From NCBI GenBank assembly GCA_046760205.1, contig JBHIDS010000002.1, positions 1 to 35,285 on the forward strand: a DNA stretch of 35,285 nt, written 5' to 3'. The translations under genes were made by a program, and so were the position numbers. Below, in pieces: positions 23,682 to 32,500 of this stretch. The notes under the pieces are model-generated. The model was not told where the DNA came from and did not search any database. It saw only the letters and a list, made by a program, of their open reading frames with translations. Each line of letters starts with the position of its first letter. The first letter of the stretch is position 1. Source of the stretch: Candidatus Methanofastidiosia archaeon. Its GTDB lineage: Archaea > Methanobacteriota_B > Thermococci > Methanofastidiosales > SZ-28-30.

Positions 23682-24431
23682 ATGGAGCATGATTTTATAG
23701 ACAAGTATGCAAATTTGGAAAGCCCAATTCACAAATTGGATGTAAGGGTAAAGATAGCTATATTTATTTTCTTTATTTTTTCTGTTGTTACAACTTCAAA
23801 ATTTTTAGATTATATTTTCTACTTCATACTTATTTTCTCAATCCTTGTTTTATCAAAAATTCCTTTAAACTTTGTTTTCAAAAGGTCTCTGATAATAGTT
23901 CCCTTTGTAATTTTAATATCAATTTTTATTCCCTTTATGAAAGATGGAAATGTTATTTTTTCTCTTTTTTTTCTAAAAGTCACAGAAAATGGAGTTTTAA
24001 CATTTTTCAATGTATTGATAAAGGCATGGCTTTCTGTTGTATCAATGATTCTTTTGACTTCAACAACGCAATTCTCAAATCTTTTGCATGGTTTTGAGGC
24101 TTTAAAGGTTCCAAAAATAGTTGTGATGCTTATGTCTTTTGTGTACAGATACCTATTTGTATTTGAAGATGAGATTATGAGAATGAGAAGGGCTGCATAT
24201 TCCAGAAACATAAAAAAAGGTTTTTTTCACCAGATAGGGGTTTTTGGGAATATAGTTGGAAGTTTGTTTTTAAAAACCTATGAAAGGGGAGAGAGAATCT
24301 ATGTTTCCATGACTTCAAGGGGTTTTGATGGAAAGATTAGAACTTTTAAAGAATTTGAGTTGAAGAAATCTGATGTTTTGTTTTTTTCCCTATTTGTTTT
24401 CTACATACTTGTTGTGAAGGTGGTTTTGTGA
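23682..24431 (+). CDS. cbiQ: ECF transporter transmembrane (T) component CbiQ
   Basis: 249 aa. The N-terminal SPIHKLDVRVKI is typical of CbiQ/EcfT. It is polytopic, and the conserved Arg-rich coupling region is MRMRRAAYSRN...ERGERIYVSMTSRGF. Confidence 0.88.
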   Translation: MEHDFIDKYANLESPIHKLDVRVKIAIFIFFIFSVVTTSKFLDYIFYFILIFSILVLSKIPLNFVFKRSLIIVPFVILISIFIPFMKDGNVIFSLFFLKVTENGVLTFFNVLIKAWLSVVSMILLTSTTQFSNLLHGFEALKVPKIVVMLMSFVYRYLFVFEDEIMRMRRAAYSRNIKKGFFHQIGVFGNIVGSLFLKTYERGERIYVSMTSRGFDGKIRTFKEFELKKSDVLFFSLFVFYILVVKVVL

Positions 24432-25120
24432 AGGCTGTGGAAGTTGAAAATCTGAGTTTTTCATATCCAGATGGAACCAAAGCCTTGAAAAGTATGAATT
24501 TGGAGATAGAGGAGGGGGAAGGGATTGCATTGGTGGGACCAAATGGGGCTGGAAAGTCCACTCTTTTACTACACTTTAATGGAATTTTAATTGGCAAAGG
24601 TACTGTAAAAATCTTTGGGATTGAGGTAAAACATGAAAATTTGAGAAAAGTCAGAAATCTTGTGGGTTTGGTTTTTCAAGACCCAAACGACCAACTCTTC
24701 ATGCCAACTGTCTTTGATGACGTTGCCTTTGGACCTCTAAATTTAGGACTCTCTAAAGAAGAGGTTTTAAAGAGGGTGGATGAAGCTTTGAGGGCTGTGG
24801 AGATGGAGGATTTTAAAAAGAGAGCTTCTCATCACTTGAGCTTTGGGGAGAAGAAAAAGCTCTCTCTTGCAACCGTTCTATCGATGAATCCCAAGCTTTT
24901 GGTATTGGACGAGCCTTCAGGCAATCTTGATCCAAGGGGAAGAAGAAACCTCTTGAAAATTCTGGGTGGTTTGAATCTCACAAAGCTCCTTGCAACTCAT
25001 GATCTAAATTTTGCCTCAAAGGTCTGTGAGAGATGTGTGATTTTAAACGGTGGGAAAGTCGTTTACGATGGAGGATTTTCAACATTAAGAAAAGAGGATT
25101 TAAGATACTATGGGTTGTAG
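24428..25120 (+). CDS. cbiO: ECF transporter ATP-binding component CbiO
   Basis: Walker A GPNGAGKST, Q-loop VFQDP, signature LSFGEKKK, Walker B LLVLDEPSGNLD and H-loop ATHDL. GTG start with a GTGA overlap, and AAGGTGG 3 nt upstream. Confidence 0.92.
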   Translation: MKAVEVENLSFSYPDGTKALKSMNLEIEEGEGIALVGPNGAGKSTLLLHFNGILIGKGTVKIFGIEVKHENLRKVRNLVGLVFQDPNDQLFMPTVFDDVAFGPLNLGLSKEEVLKRVDEALRAVEMEDFKKRASHHLSFGEKKKLSLATVLSMNPKLLVLDEPSGNLDPRGRRNLLKILGGLNLTKLLATHDLNFASKVCERCVILNGGKVVYDGGFSTLRKEDLRYYGL

Positions 25121-25601
25121 GGTTTTAAATGCTGAGCTTCAACCCTTCAAAGAAAGCTTTTTAAGCATTGAAATAATTTTTGAAAGGATAAAGAAAGTCA
25201 GTGTGAGATGGACTGGAAAGCTTCAATTCCAAGCTCATGATTCTCTTGGAAACTCTATGCTTCTAAATTCTCCAAAAGAAGAGGGAGAAGGAGTCAAACC
25301 TTCTGATCTCTTACCCATAGGACTTGCAAGTTGTTCTGGAATAGATGTCTTGAGAATTCTTGAAAAACAGAAGCAGGATCTGAGGAAATTCGAGATTCAG
25401 GTTTTTTTCAAACAGGCGTTAAAACCTCCCTGGAAGTTTGAAAAGATTCATTTGAAATACCTCATAGGTGGAAGGAACATTAAGGAGAAGTTTGTGAGAA
25501 GAGCAATTGAGCTCTCTCAAAAGAAGTACTGCTCAGTTTACGCCACTTTAAAAGGGAATGTGGAGTTTGAAAGCTCCTATGAGATAGAGGAAGTTGCATG
25601 A
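25110..25601 (+). CDS. osmC: OsmC/Ohr-family peroxiredoxin-like protein
   Basis: VRWTGKLQFQAHDSLGNSMLLNSP....GVKPSDLLPIGLASCSGIDVLRILEK...KKYCSVYATL carries the two conserved Cys of the OsmC family. The start is uncertain. ATG 25110 overlaps cbiO by 11 nt, and GTG 25200 (SVRW) would give a more typical ~133-aa protein. Confidence 0.8.
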   Translation: MGCRVLNAELQPFKESFLSIEIIFERIKKVSVRWTGKLQFQAHDSLGNSMLLNSPKEEGEGVKPSDLLPIGLASCSGIDVLRILEKQKQDLRKFEIQVFFKQALKPPWKFEKIHLKYLIGGRNIKEKFVRRAIELSQKKYCSVYATLKGNVEFESSYEIEEVA

Positions 25602-25999
25602 AAACAGATGAACAAATTAAAAAGATTCTAAAACTCAAGAACATAGCGGTTGTGGGATTCTCTAAAAACGAGGAAAAACCAAGCCATTACGTTCCAAAGT
25701 ACTTGATCTCGAAAGGATACAACGTAATCCCTGTGAACCCCAATGCCTCAGAGATCTATGGAATGAAGGTCTATGAAAGACTCTCAGAAGTTCCAGATTA
25801 CATTGACATCGTGGAGATATTCAGACCTTCAGAAGAAGTTCTTGAGATCACAAAAAAAGCCATAGAAAAGAAAGTCAAAGTGATCTGGATGCAGCAGGGC
25901 ATTGTAAACCACAAAGCTCAAGAGCTTGCAGAGAAAAACTCAATCGAAGTTGTGATGGATAGATGCATGATGACAGAGCACAAAAGGTTGGTGGATTGA
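25598..25999 (+). CDS. CoA-binding domain protein (YccU/CoA_binding_2 type)
   Basis: 133 aa. KNIAVVGFSKNEEKPSHYVPKYLISKGYNVIPVNPN...IDIVEIFRP matches the Rossmann-like CoA-binding family pattern. ATGA overlap with osmC. Confidence 0.8.
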   Translation: MKTDEQIKKILKLKNIAVVGFSKNEEKPSHYVPKYLISKGYNVIPVNPNASEIYGMKVYERLSEVPDYIDIVEIFRPSEEVLEITKKAIEKKVKVIWMQQGIVNHKAQELAEKNSIEVVMDRCMMTEHKRLVD

Positions 26000-26358
26000 T
26001 GAAGAGAAAGCTTGGAGAACTTTCAAAATTACAAAAAATGCCTTTGAAAGTGGAAGATAAAAACTTAAAAGAGATTCTTCAAAACCATTCTCTCGTGCTT
26101 TTGGATTTCTTTGCAACTTGGTGTTATCCCTGTAAATTGGTATCTCCCACAGTTAAAGAGCTTGCAAGAAAGTATCATGAAAAGCTTTTGGTGGGAAAGC
26201 TAAACGTGGATGAGAATCCTCTTACAGCCTCAAGGTATGGGGTCTTCACCATTCCCACTTTGATTCTCTTCGAGAATGGGGTTGAGAGGGAAAGAATTGT
26301 TGGTGCAATGCCAAGAGATGAGATAGAAAAAAGGATTTTGAAATATTTGAAGAGGTGA
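25999..26358 (+). CDS. trxA: Thioredoxin
   Basis: The active site is WCYPCK within LVLLDFFATWCYPCKLVSP, followed by FTIPTLILFENG (cis-Pro loop). Track start is 25963. ATG 25999 (MKRKLGEL) overlaps the upstream TGA (TGATG) and gives a typical 119-aa protein. Confidence 0.88.
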   Translation: MKRKLGELSKLQKMPLKVEDKNLKEILQNHSLVLLDFFATWCYPCKLVSPTVKELARKYHEKLLVGKLNVDENPLTASRYGVFTIPTLILFENGVERERIVGAMPRDEIEKRILKYLKR

Positions 26359-26362
26359 TGAA

Positions 26363-26995
26363 ATGATTTCAGAGAAAGATAAAGAGTTGATGAGAGCTCA
26401 ATTTGAAAAGCTTGAAAATGAGGTAAGTCTCGTATACTTCACTCAAGAACATGAGTGCAAGTACTGTGAAGAAACGAGAGAGCTTTTAGAGGAAGTTAGC
26501 TCTCTTTCTCAAAAGATAAAACTCGAGGTGTACGACTTTGTAGCTGATAGAGAGAAAGCAGAGAGCTATTCGATAGACAAGATTCCTGCCACAGTGGTTG
26601 AGGGTGAGAAGGACTATGGAATAAGATTTTTTGGAATTCCCTCTGGGTATGAGTTCTCCTCTCTGATAGAGGATATAGTAGACGTTTCAAGAGGAAAAAC
26701 CGATCTCTCAGAGGAGAGCAAGAAGAGTTTGAAAAAGATAAATAGGAAGGTTCACATCCAGGTTTTTGTGACACCCACATGCCCATACTGTCCTTCTGCT
26801 GTGAGGCTTGCCCATAAACTCTCAATAGAATCTCCACATATCAGAGGAGAGATGATTGAAGCCATAGAGTTTCCCCACCTTGCTTCAAAGTACTCTGTGT
26901 TTGGAGTTCCAAAAACCGTTGTAAATGACAAAGTGGAGTTTGAGGGAGCAGTTCCTGAGAAGGTTTTTGTGGAGAATGTTCTAAAGGCTCTTTGA
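26363..26995 (+). CDS. pdo: Protein disulfide oxidoreductase (glutaredoxin-like, two thioredoxin-fold units)
   Basis: 210 aa with two CXXC sites, CKYC and CPYC (TPTCPYCPSAVRLAH), in tandem thioredoxin folds as in the PDO of hyperthermophilic archaea. GGTGAT lies 3 nt before the ATG. Confidence 0.88.
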   Translation: MISEKDKELMRAQFEKLENEVSLVYFTQEHECKYCEETRELLEEVSSLSQKIKLEVYDFVADREKAESYSIDKIPATVVEGEKDYGIRFFGIPSGYEFSSLIEDIVDVSRGKTDLSEESKKSLKKINRKVHIQVFVTPTCPYCPSAVRLAHKLSIESPHIRGEMIEAIEFPHLASKYSVFGVPKTVVNDKVEFEGAVPEKVFVENVLKAL

Positions 26996-27432
26996 GAATA
27001 GGCCATTTCAAATATTCATGCTTGGTATTTCGGTTGCTTTCGTAATTGATATTTCAATAAATGGTTTTAACTATTTGAATGTAGGAATTTTCATAACGTA
27101 CTTTGGTAATTATCAAACGAAAGTCAAGCTCTTGATCGAGCAAGATATAGAGGAAAGAATGGATATTAAGAACTGCAAAGGAAGCTGGCATAGATGTTAG
27201 GAGATATAATCTACCAAACAATGGTAGAAAGTTCCATGAGATAATAAATATTAAAATTGACAATTTTGAAAGATTGATAGAAGATTTAAAGGATCATAAT
27301 CAGCTGAAAACACCAAGAAAATTGCTGGAAGGGAGAAAATACGATGAATTAAAACTATAAAATACTCAACAAATCCAAAAAAATTGTGTTGGCTCTGGAC
27401 AAGAAAGAGAATTTGAAGACCACTTTGCCACG

Positions 27433-27630
27433 CTATTCCTCAAAAATAAAGAGCTCCTCAATGGTGGTATTCAGTACTTTTGCCACACGATGAGCCAACC
27501 TAAGAGAAGGATTGTACTTTTCCTTCTCCAAAAAAACGATGGTTTCTCTTCTGACACCTACCTTTCTTGCCAGGTCTTCCTGTGTTAAGTCGTATCGTGC
27601 CCTGAGTTCCTTGATTCTGGTTTTCATCAT
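27433..27630 (-). CDS. XRE-family (COG1476-like) helix-turn-helix transcriptional regulator
   Basis: 65 aa. [56 protein letters not shown] is a canonical HTH_3 domain. It lies 3 nt downstream of a small membrane protein gene, a common pairing for this regulator class. Confidence 0.88.
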   Translation of the reverse strand: MMKTRIKELRARYDLTQEDLARKVGVRRETIVFLEKEKYNPSLRLAHRVAKVLNTTIEELFIFEE

Positions 27631-27633
27631 ATA

Positions 27634-28056
27634 TCACCCCTTTCTGCCAAAGTACCAGCGCAATCCCAAATTCAATATTGCAGTTACAAGGATCGATATT
27701 ATGAGTGCTGGTAATGCCTTCAGCTCGGGCCAACCAAATACTTCCATGCCAAGGAAGATGTACCACATGAGTCCTAACATGAACCAGAGACCTATCATGA
27801 CTGTATAATGTCCTGCACAACCTTCTATGTACATCGTCCTCTCATCCTTAGTTGGAAAACCTGCCTTTTTCTCCTGCATCCTTTTCCACAGTACCCAGGA
27901 AAAAACAAACAAGTTAGCAATAACTATTCCCAGAATCACAGATGGCAATAGGGCATGGCTTTCCCACCCTAATTTTGACCAGAAGGCGATCACTGCTATC
28001 ACAACGACAACTGCTGTCACTGCTATCCAAAGTCTATTCAATGTCCTACTTTTCAT
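27634..28056 (-). CDS. Small four-TM membrane protein co-transcribed with the XRE regulator (DUF2178-like, tentative)
   Basis: Track ORF 27634..28167. The start is moved to ATG 28056 (MKSRTLNRLWIAVTAVVVVIAVIAFW), preceded by AGGTGAGAGG. The longer version would read through the repeat-containing promoter region. Confidence 0.7.
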   Translation of the reverse strand: MKSRTLNRLWIAVTAVVVVIAVIAFWSKLGWESHALLPSVILGIVIANLFVFSWVLWKRMQEKKAGFPTKDERTMYIEGCAGHYTVMIGLWFMLGLMWYIFLGMEVFGWPELKALPALIISILVTAILNLGLRWYFGRKG

Positions 28057-28076
28057 CCTCTCACCTCTGTTATTTT

Positions 28077-28140
28077 TTTCTAACTTTATGTTTTTTATTT
28101 CTAACATAATGTTATCTATTTCTAACATAGAGTATATAAA
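28077..28140 (-). promoter_or_regulatory. Putative promoter/operator of the membrane-protein/XRE operon: TATA box plus three GTTAGAAA repeats at exact 21-bp phasing
   Basis: The plus strand carries TTTCTAAC at 28077..28084, 28098..28105 and 28119..28126, each 21 bp apart. The two upstream copies extend to ATTTCTAACAT (28097..28107 and 28118..28128). An inverted repeat TAACAT-A-ATGTTA lies at 28102..28114. TTTATATA on the minus strand corresponds to 28133..28140. Confidence 0.45.
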
Positions 28141-28209
28141 GCTTTTGGTGCTTGTAAAACTTTGCATGGAAGTATCACTTTCAATTTCATATAAGTAGAG
28201 AGTATCTCT

Positions 28210-29001
28210 TTAAACAACTACATCTGACCCTTTAAAATAACGGTAAATTAAAAAACCAATACCAACAAACACCACCCACAGATTTTCAATTACCACAGCA
28301 GTACGATTCAAAGGTTGAGAAGTAATTATCTGTGGACCGTGGATAAAAAAGGTTCCCAAGATCACAAACAAGATTACAGACCCAAAGGCAAACACATCCA
28401 TCACCAGAGAAGGTTGAAAATGCAATATATTCTCTCTTTTAGATAACTTGCTGATAAAAACTGCTGCCACAACGACAATCAGGATTAATGCCACCAAATA
28501 AGAAAGAGGTGTTCCCCGAGGTCTGTACAGATTCGATCGAGAAAGCAGGATGACCAATACCTGGTAACCGACACATAGCGCCCAGCCTAATTTCCCCATA
28601 CGAGGATGGTTCCAGTCACGTACCTGGATGCGGTTGGCAAAATAAAAGGTGACAATGGACTGGAGAATTCCCCAGGCAAAAAAGTTGATGGAAAGAAGCG
28701 TTCCCAAATTCAAACCTAAAAAGAGAAGACCAAAATAAATTGTCTTGTTAAACAAATTCCCAGTCAAAAACATCTCTGGAATGAACCCATACAAAAATGC
28801 AAACAATGCTATCTGGTAATTCTTCAAGCGATATCGTACCATCAAATCCTCGAACATAGCAAAAAATGTGAAATAAATACCAAACAAAGACAAAAAGAGC
28901 AGTGGTCGTTGAGAAAGAGTTGTAATGCCTCGGGCTGAATACTCAAAGAGAATGTTGAAAAGCACACAGAGCAAGATGATGCGTACTCGGTTGGATAGCA
29001 T
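28210..29001 (-). CDS. Polytopic membrane protein of unknown function (about 8 TM helices)
   Basis: 263 aa, highly hydrophobic, with no motif I recognise. AGGAGTGA lies 6 nt before ATG 29001, which is 7 nt downstream of the ModE-like gene stop. Confidence 0.7.
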   Translation of the reverse strand: MLSNRVRIILLCVLFNILFEYSARGITTLSQRPLLFLSLFGIYFTFFAMFEDLMVRYRLKNYQIALFAFLYGFIPEMFLTGNLFNKTIYFGLLFLGLNLGTLLSINFFAWGILQSIVTFYFANRIQVRDWNHPRMGKLGWALCVGYQVLVILLSRSNLYRPRGTPLSYLVALILIVVVAAVFISKLSKRENILHFQPSLVMDVFAFGSVILFVILGTFFIHGPQIITSQPLNRTAVVIENLWVVFVGIGFLIYRYFKGSDVVV

Positions 29002-29007
29002 GATTTT

Positions 29008-29553
29008 TCACTCCTTCAAAATCATTACCTCTGTTGCCTTTATTATGGCTTTTACCTCCTCTCCTTTCTTCAAATCCAGAGCCTCTACAGCTTCCCTTGT
29101 TATCACAGCCTTTAGCTCTGCCTTCTCAATCTTCAAGGTAACTTTAGCAGCCACATCTCCCTTCTCAATCTCTTTAACTCTTCCTCTTAGTAAGTTTCTC
29201 GCACTGATCTTCAAAGAAACAACCTCCCAGAAGGTTTTGTCATGGATGGTTTCTTTCAATATCTTAAGATAATCGTCATACTCTCTTAGAAGTTTTTTTC
29301 CTTCTTCAGTTAACTTTGTGAACCCCCCCTCTCTCCCACCACGCCTTGAGGTAACTATTTTTTTACCAAGAGCCTTCTCAATCTCATGAATCATCAACCA
29401 GGCATGCTTGTAGGAGATTGAAAGCTCCTCTGATGCAAGCTTTAAGGATTCTACTTTCAAAAGCTTTCTCAAGAGCTCAGCCTTTCCGTCTCCAAGAATA
29501 GATTTTTCATCCTTTTCAAGCCAGAGCCTGGTGTGGGGCTGAAACTTCTTCAT
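29008..29553 (-). CDS. ModE-like regulator: N-terminal ModE/LysR-type HTH plus a single C-terminal TOBE/Mop (molybdate/tungstate-binding) domain
   Basis: GDGKAELLRKLLKVESLKLASEELSISYKHAWLMIHEIEKALGKKIVTSRRGGREGGFTKLTEEGKKLL matches the ModE N-terminal domain. ISARNLLRGRVKEIEKGDVAAKVTLKIEKAELKAVITREAVEALDLKKGEEVKAIIKATEVMI is a TOBE domain. Confidence 0.8.
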   Translation of the reverse strand: MKKFQPHTRLWLEKDEKSILGDGKAELLRKLLKVESLKLASEELSISYKHAWLMIHEIEKALGKKIVTSRRGGREGGFTKLTEEGKKLLREYDDYLKILKETIHDKTFWEVVSLKISARNLLRGRVKEIEKGDVAAKVTLKIEKAELKAVITREAVEALDLKKGEEVKAIIKATEVMILKE

Positions 29554-29557
29554 GTCT

Positions 29558-32500
29558 TTAAATTATATTTAAGGTTAAAAGCCTTTTGGGATTGAAGTAC
29601 TTCTTCAAAACATCCTTTGGTAGTCCATTTATGTGAGGATAGTATAGGAAATTCTTTATCCCTCCCTCAAATATTGCTTGAAAAGCCTTATCTATCTCTG
29701 AAGCTGAAAGTGGCTCTCCTGTTTCAAAATCTTGGACCTGTACCTTCATTATGAGAAAATTTTCATCCGTCATCTCAATTCCTTTCTGTGTGATTTTTTT
29801 GAGTTTTTGGATTGCCTCTTTTAAAGAGAGCTCATCCCACTTTGCAATATCCCTGTGATAAGACATCACTGCGATGTTTGAAAACCCATACTCTCTTGCA
29901 AGCAAAACGTCTTGTGAAAACCATGCAAGAGCTTCTTCAGGCTCTGAGATGGAATCCTCAAAGGTATCCAGGACGAACTTCAGGTTGGGGTTTATTTCAT
30001 GCATTTCATCCATAATCTCTTTCGTCAACTTTAAGAGCTCCTCTGCCTTCCATCTGCTCCAATTCCAGAATTCTTCGGTGTATTCTCCATCAACAACCAT
30101 GTTTTCAGGTTTCAACTCTTTTTCAAATTCTTTTTCATAGGCATCCTTTGCAAATTTACTGTAGTCCTCATACTCTGTTAGGTACAAATCATCTTGAAAC
30201 ATAACTCCCTCAATATCATATTTCGCAATGTCTTTAAAGAGAATTTTAAGATACTCTCTGTGCTCTGGAACGAAGGGAGATACCCTCTTCCACCAGCTCA
30301 TGTTTTTCTCAAACCTATTCCTCTCATAATCATATCCCACAACAGCCCAATTTGGATGTTCCTCCAAAACCCACTTCATGTTGAGAGTAGTCATCCATGC
30401 ATAAACTCTAATATCATACTTTTTCGCTTCATGAATTACATCAGAGAGCAAGTCTCTTTCAACTGGAGCTAAATTTGTTTTGAAGTAAACTCCCGAATCG
30501 TATGAGAAAATCCTCAGGAATATGGTATTTACTCCAATTTCAGAAAGCTCTGAGATCACATCTTCAACGCTCTCCTCCTCAAAGATTTCAAGCTCAATTT
30601 GCACTCCCTTTATAGGAAATTTCTCAAAGAACCTCAATATCTCAAATCTCCTCTCTTGTGCAACTCTTCGTGTATCCTCCCTCTCATTTCCTGCAACTAT
30701 CACAATTTTCTGATTCTTTCTAAAGGAATCTCTCTTGAAGAAGATGTCTCCAAAGCCTTTTTTCTCCAAAGAATTTCTCTCCTCTGTTGTCAGAAGTAGC
30801 TCTGAGATTTTTCCTGTATCTTCAGATTCATGTCCTCCAAGCACAACTATTCTCTCACAGGTCTTGTCGAACTGATCCATACCAACTATCTTGGTTTCAA
30901 CTCCATTATCCTCAAGAAATTCAGAGAGCATCTCTGCAGTTGAAAGATCGTTTGAGTTGGAGAGAATCTGTACTTCCTCCTCCGTTTCAAGAACAAGAAG
31001 GGTGTGATCCCTAACTTCAAGCTTCACTGTGTTTTCATCAATTTCAAGAGGAGTTGCCTTAGAAAGAAAGTCAATCTTTTTTGCACTCTTCAGCTTGGTG
31101 TTGAATTTTATCTCGATTTCCCTTTTTTCAGGAACCACATCTCCAGGCGAAATTCCCTCAAGATTCAAAATTTTGAGTATGAGATTGTTTTTATACTTAA
31201 ATGGAAGAATTACAATTTTAGAGGATGCATCAGTTAAAAAAAATTCTTGAATCTCGATGTTTTCTAGAAGCTTTGAAAACTCCTCTCTTAAATTTGAGGG
31301 ATCCTCTCTTTCTTCGTATTCCCAGAAGTAGGGTTTTGTCGAATCAAAATACTCATTTCCATAGAGTCTTTTTGTGAAAATGGCATTTTCTCCAAAGGTT
31401 TCTTTTAATGGAGTAGCTCTCTTTCTCCCCATTTCATCACATGTAAAGGTCTTTCCAGTGGAGAGGAGCTTTCCACCCCTCTCAACAAAACTTCTTATCT
31501 TTGAAATCTCCTCCTCACTCATACACATTACGTTTGGAAGAATTAGGGCATCAAAGCTTGAAAGACCATCAAGCTCAACCAAGACCTCATATGGTACGTG
31601 AAGCTCGAGGAGCATCATAGAAATTCCTAAAAACTCTCTATAGAACTCTCCTTCCTCCTCAAAACTCTGGGCATCTTTAAAGTCCATGGTTGCCTTTGAG
31701 TAGAATAGAGCTACATTTGAGAGTTCCTCTGTATCGTAATAGTACTTCTGGTTCTCCCTTATCCATTCGAATATCTCTTTTCTCGTACTATAATCCACAG
31801 ACCCTGCCATGTCTTCATAGTCTGTGTCGTAGTAGTTCCCTCCAATCTCTAAGATTAAGCTTGCAAGAAACTTTTGAGATTCTCTCTCTTGAGAATATGC
31901 GAGAATCCAAGTGGGGTGCCCCTTATCTACCCCATGGTAAAACTTAAGGAATGCCAAATCTCGCAAAAAGTTGTAGGAATCGTAAAACTCTGGATTGTGG
32001 GTTGCAGAGTGGTACTCGTGGGCAAGGACATCTGTTACACCCTGGAGGCCTATGGGACTCCAAGCATTCTTTGTAGAACCCACATCAAAACCGTGCCAGT
32101 GCTCTACAATTATCTTTATATCAGGATTCACACTCCTTGCAGCTTTTCTTAAATCATCTATGAAACCTTGAATCTTTTCCTGTCTCCAAAGAACCCATTT
32201 CTTCCAAATCTCATTCTCCCAGTCTATCTCCTCTGGAATATCAAGGCCTGTCTCTCTTTTGAACAACTCTTTACTGTACTTGGAGTGACATGCCCACTCC
32301 TCCTCCCAATCTCCAAAGGTGTTCTGAAACATGACAACGTCTATCCATATCCCATCTATTCCCGTAGCTGCAAGCTCTCTAAAACCTCTCAAAGTGAGTT
32401 CTCTCACCTCATGATTATTTGGACAGAGCCACGCATCCTCATCTGTCTCCCCAACCCAGAATGCCCAACTTCCCCAGTAAACTGCATATCTCCCAGAAAT

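Noticed and set aside
27018-27263. Two mutually overlapping track ORFs (27018..27200 plus strand, 27054..27263 minus strand) as real genes
   Set aside because: Neither has an SD or protein-like composition. At best the region is a frameshifted remnant (see finding).
29554-29580. TTAAATATAATTTAAAG just upstream of the ModE-like gene as an internal promoter
   Set aside because: The TATA-like box is only ~10-15 nt from the ATG, too close for a standard archaeal promoter. It is probably just AT-rich 3' coding sequence and spacer.
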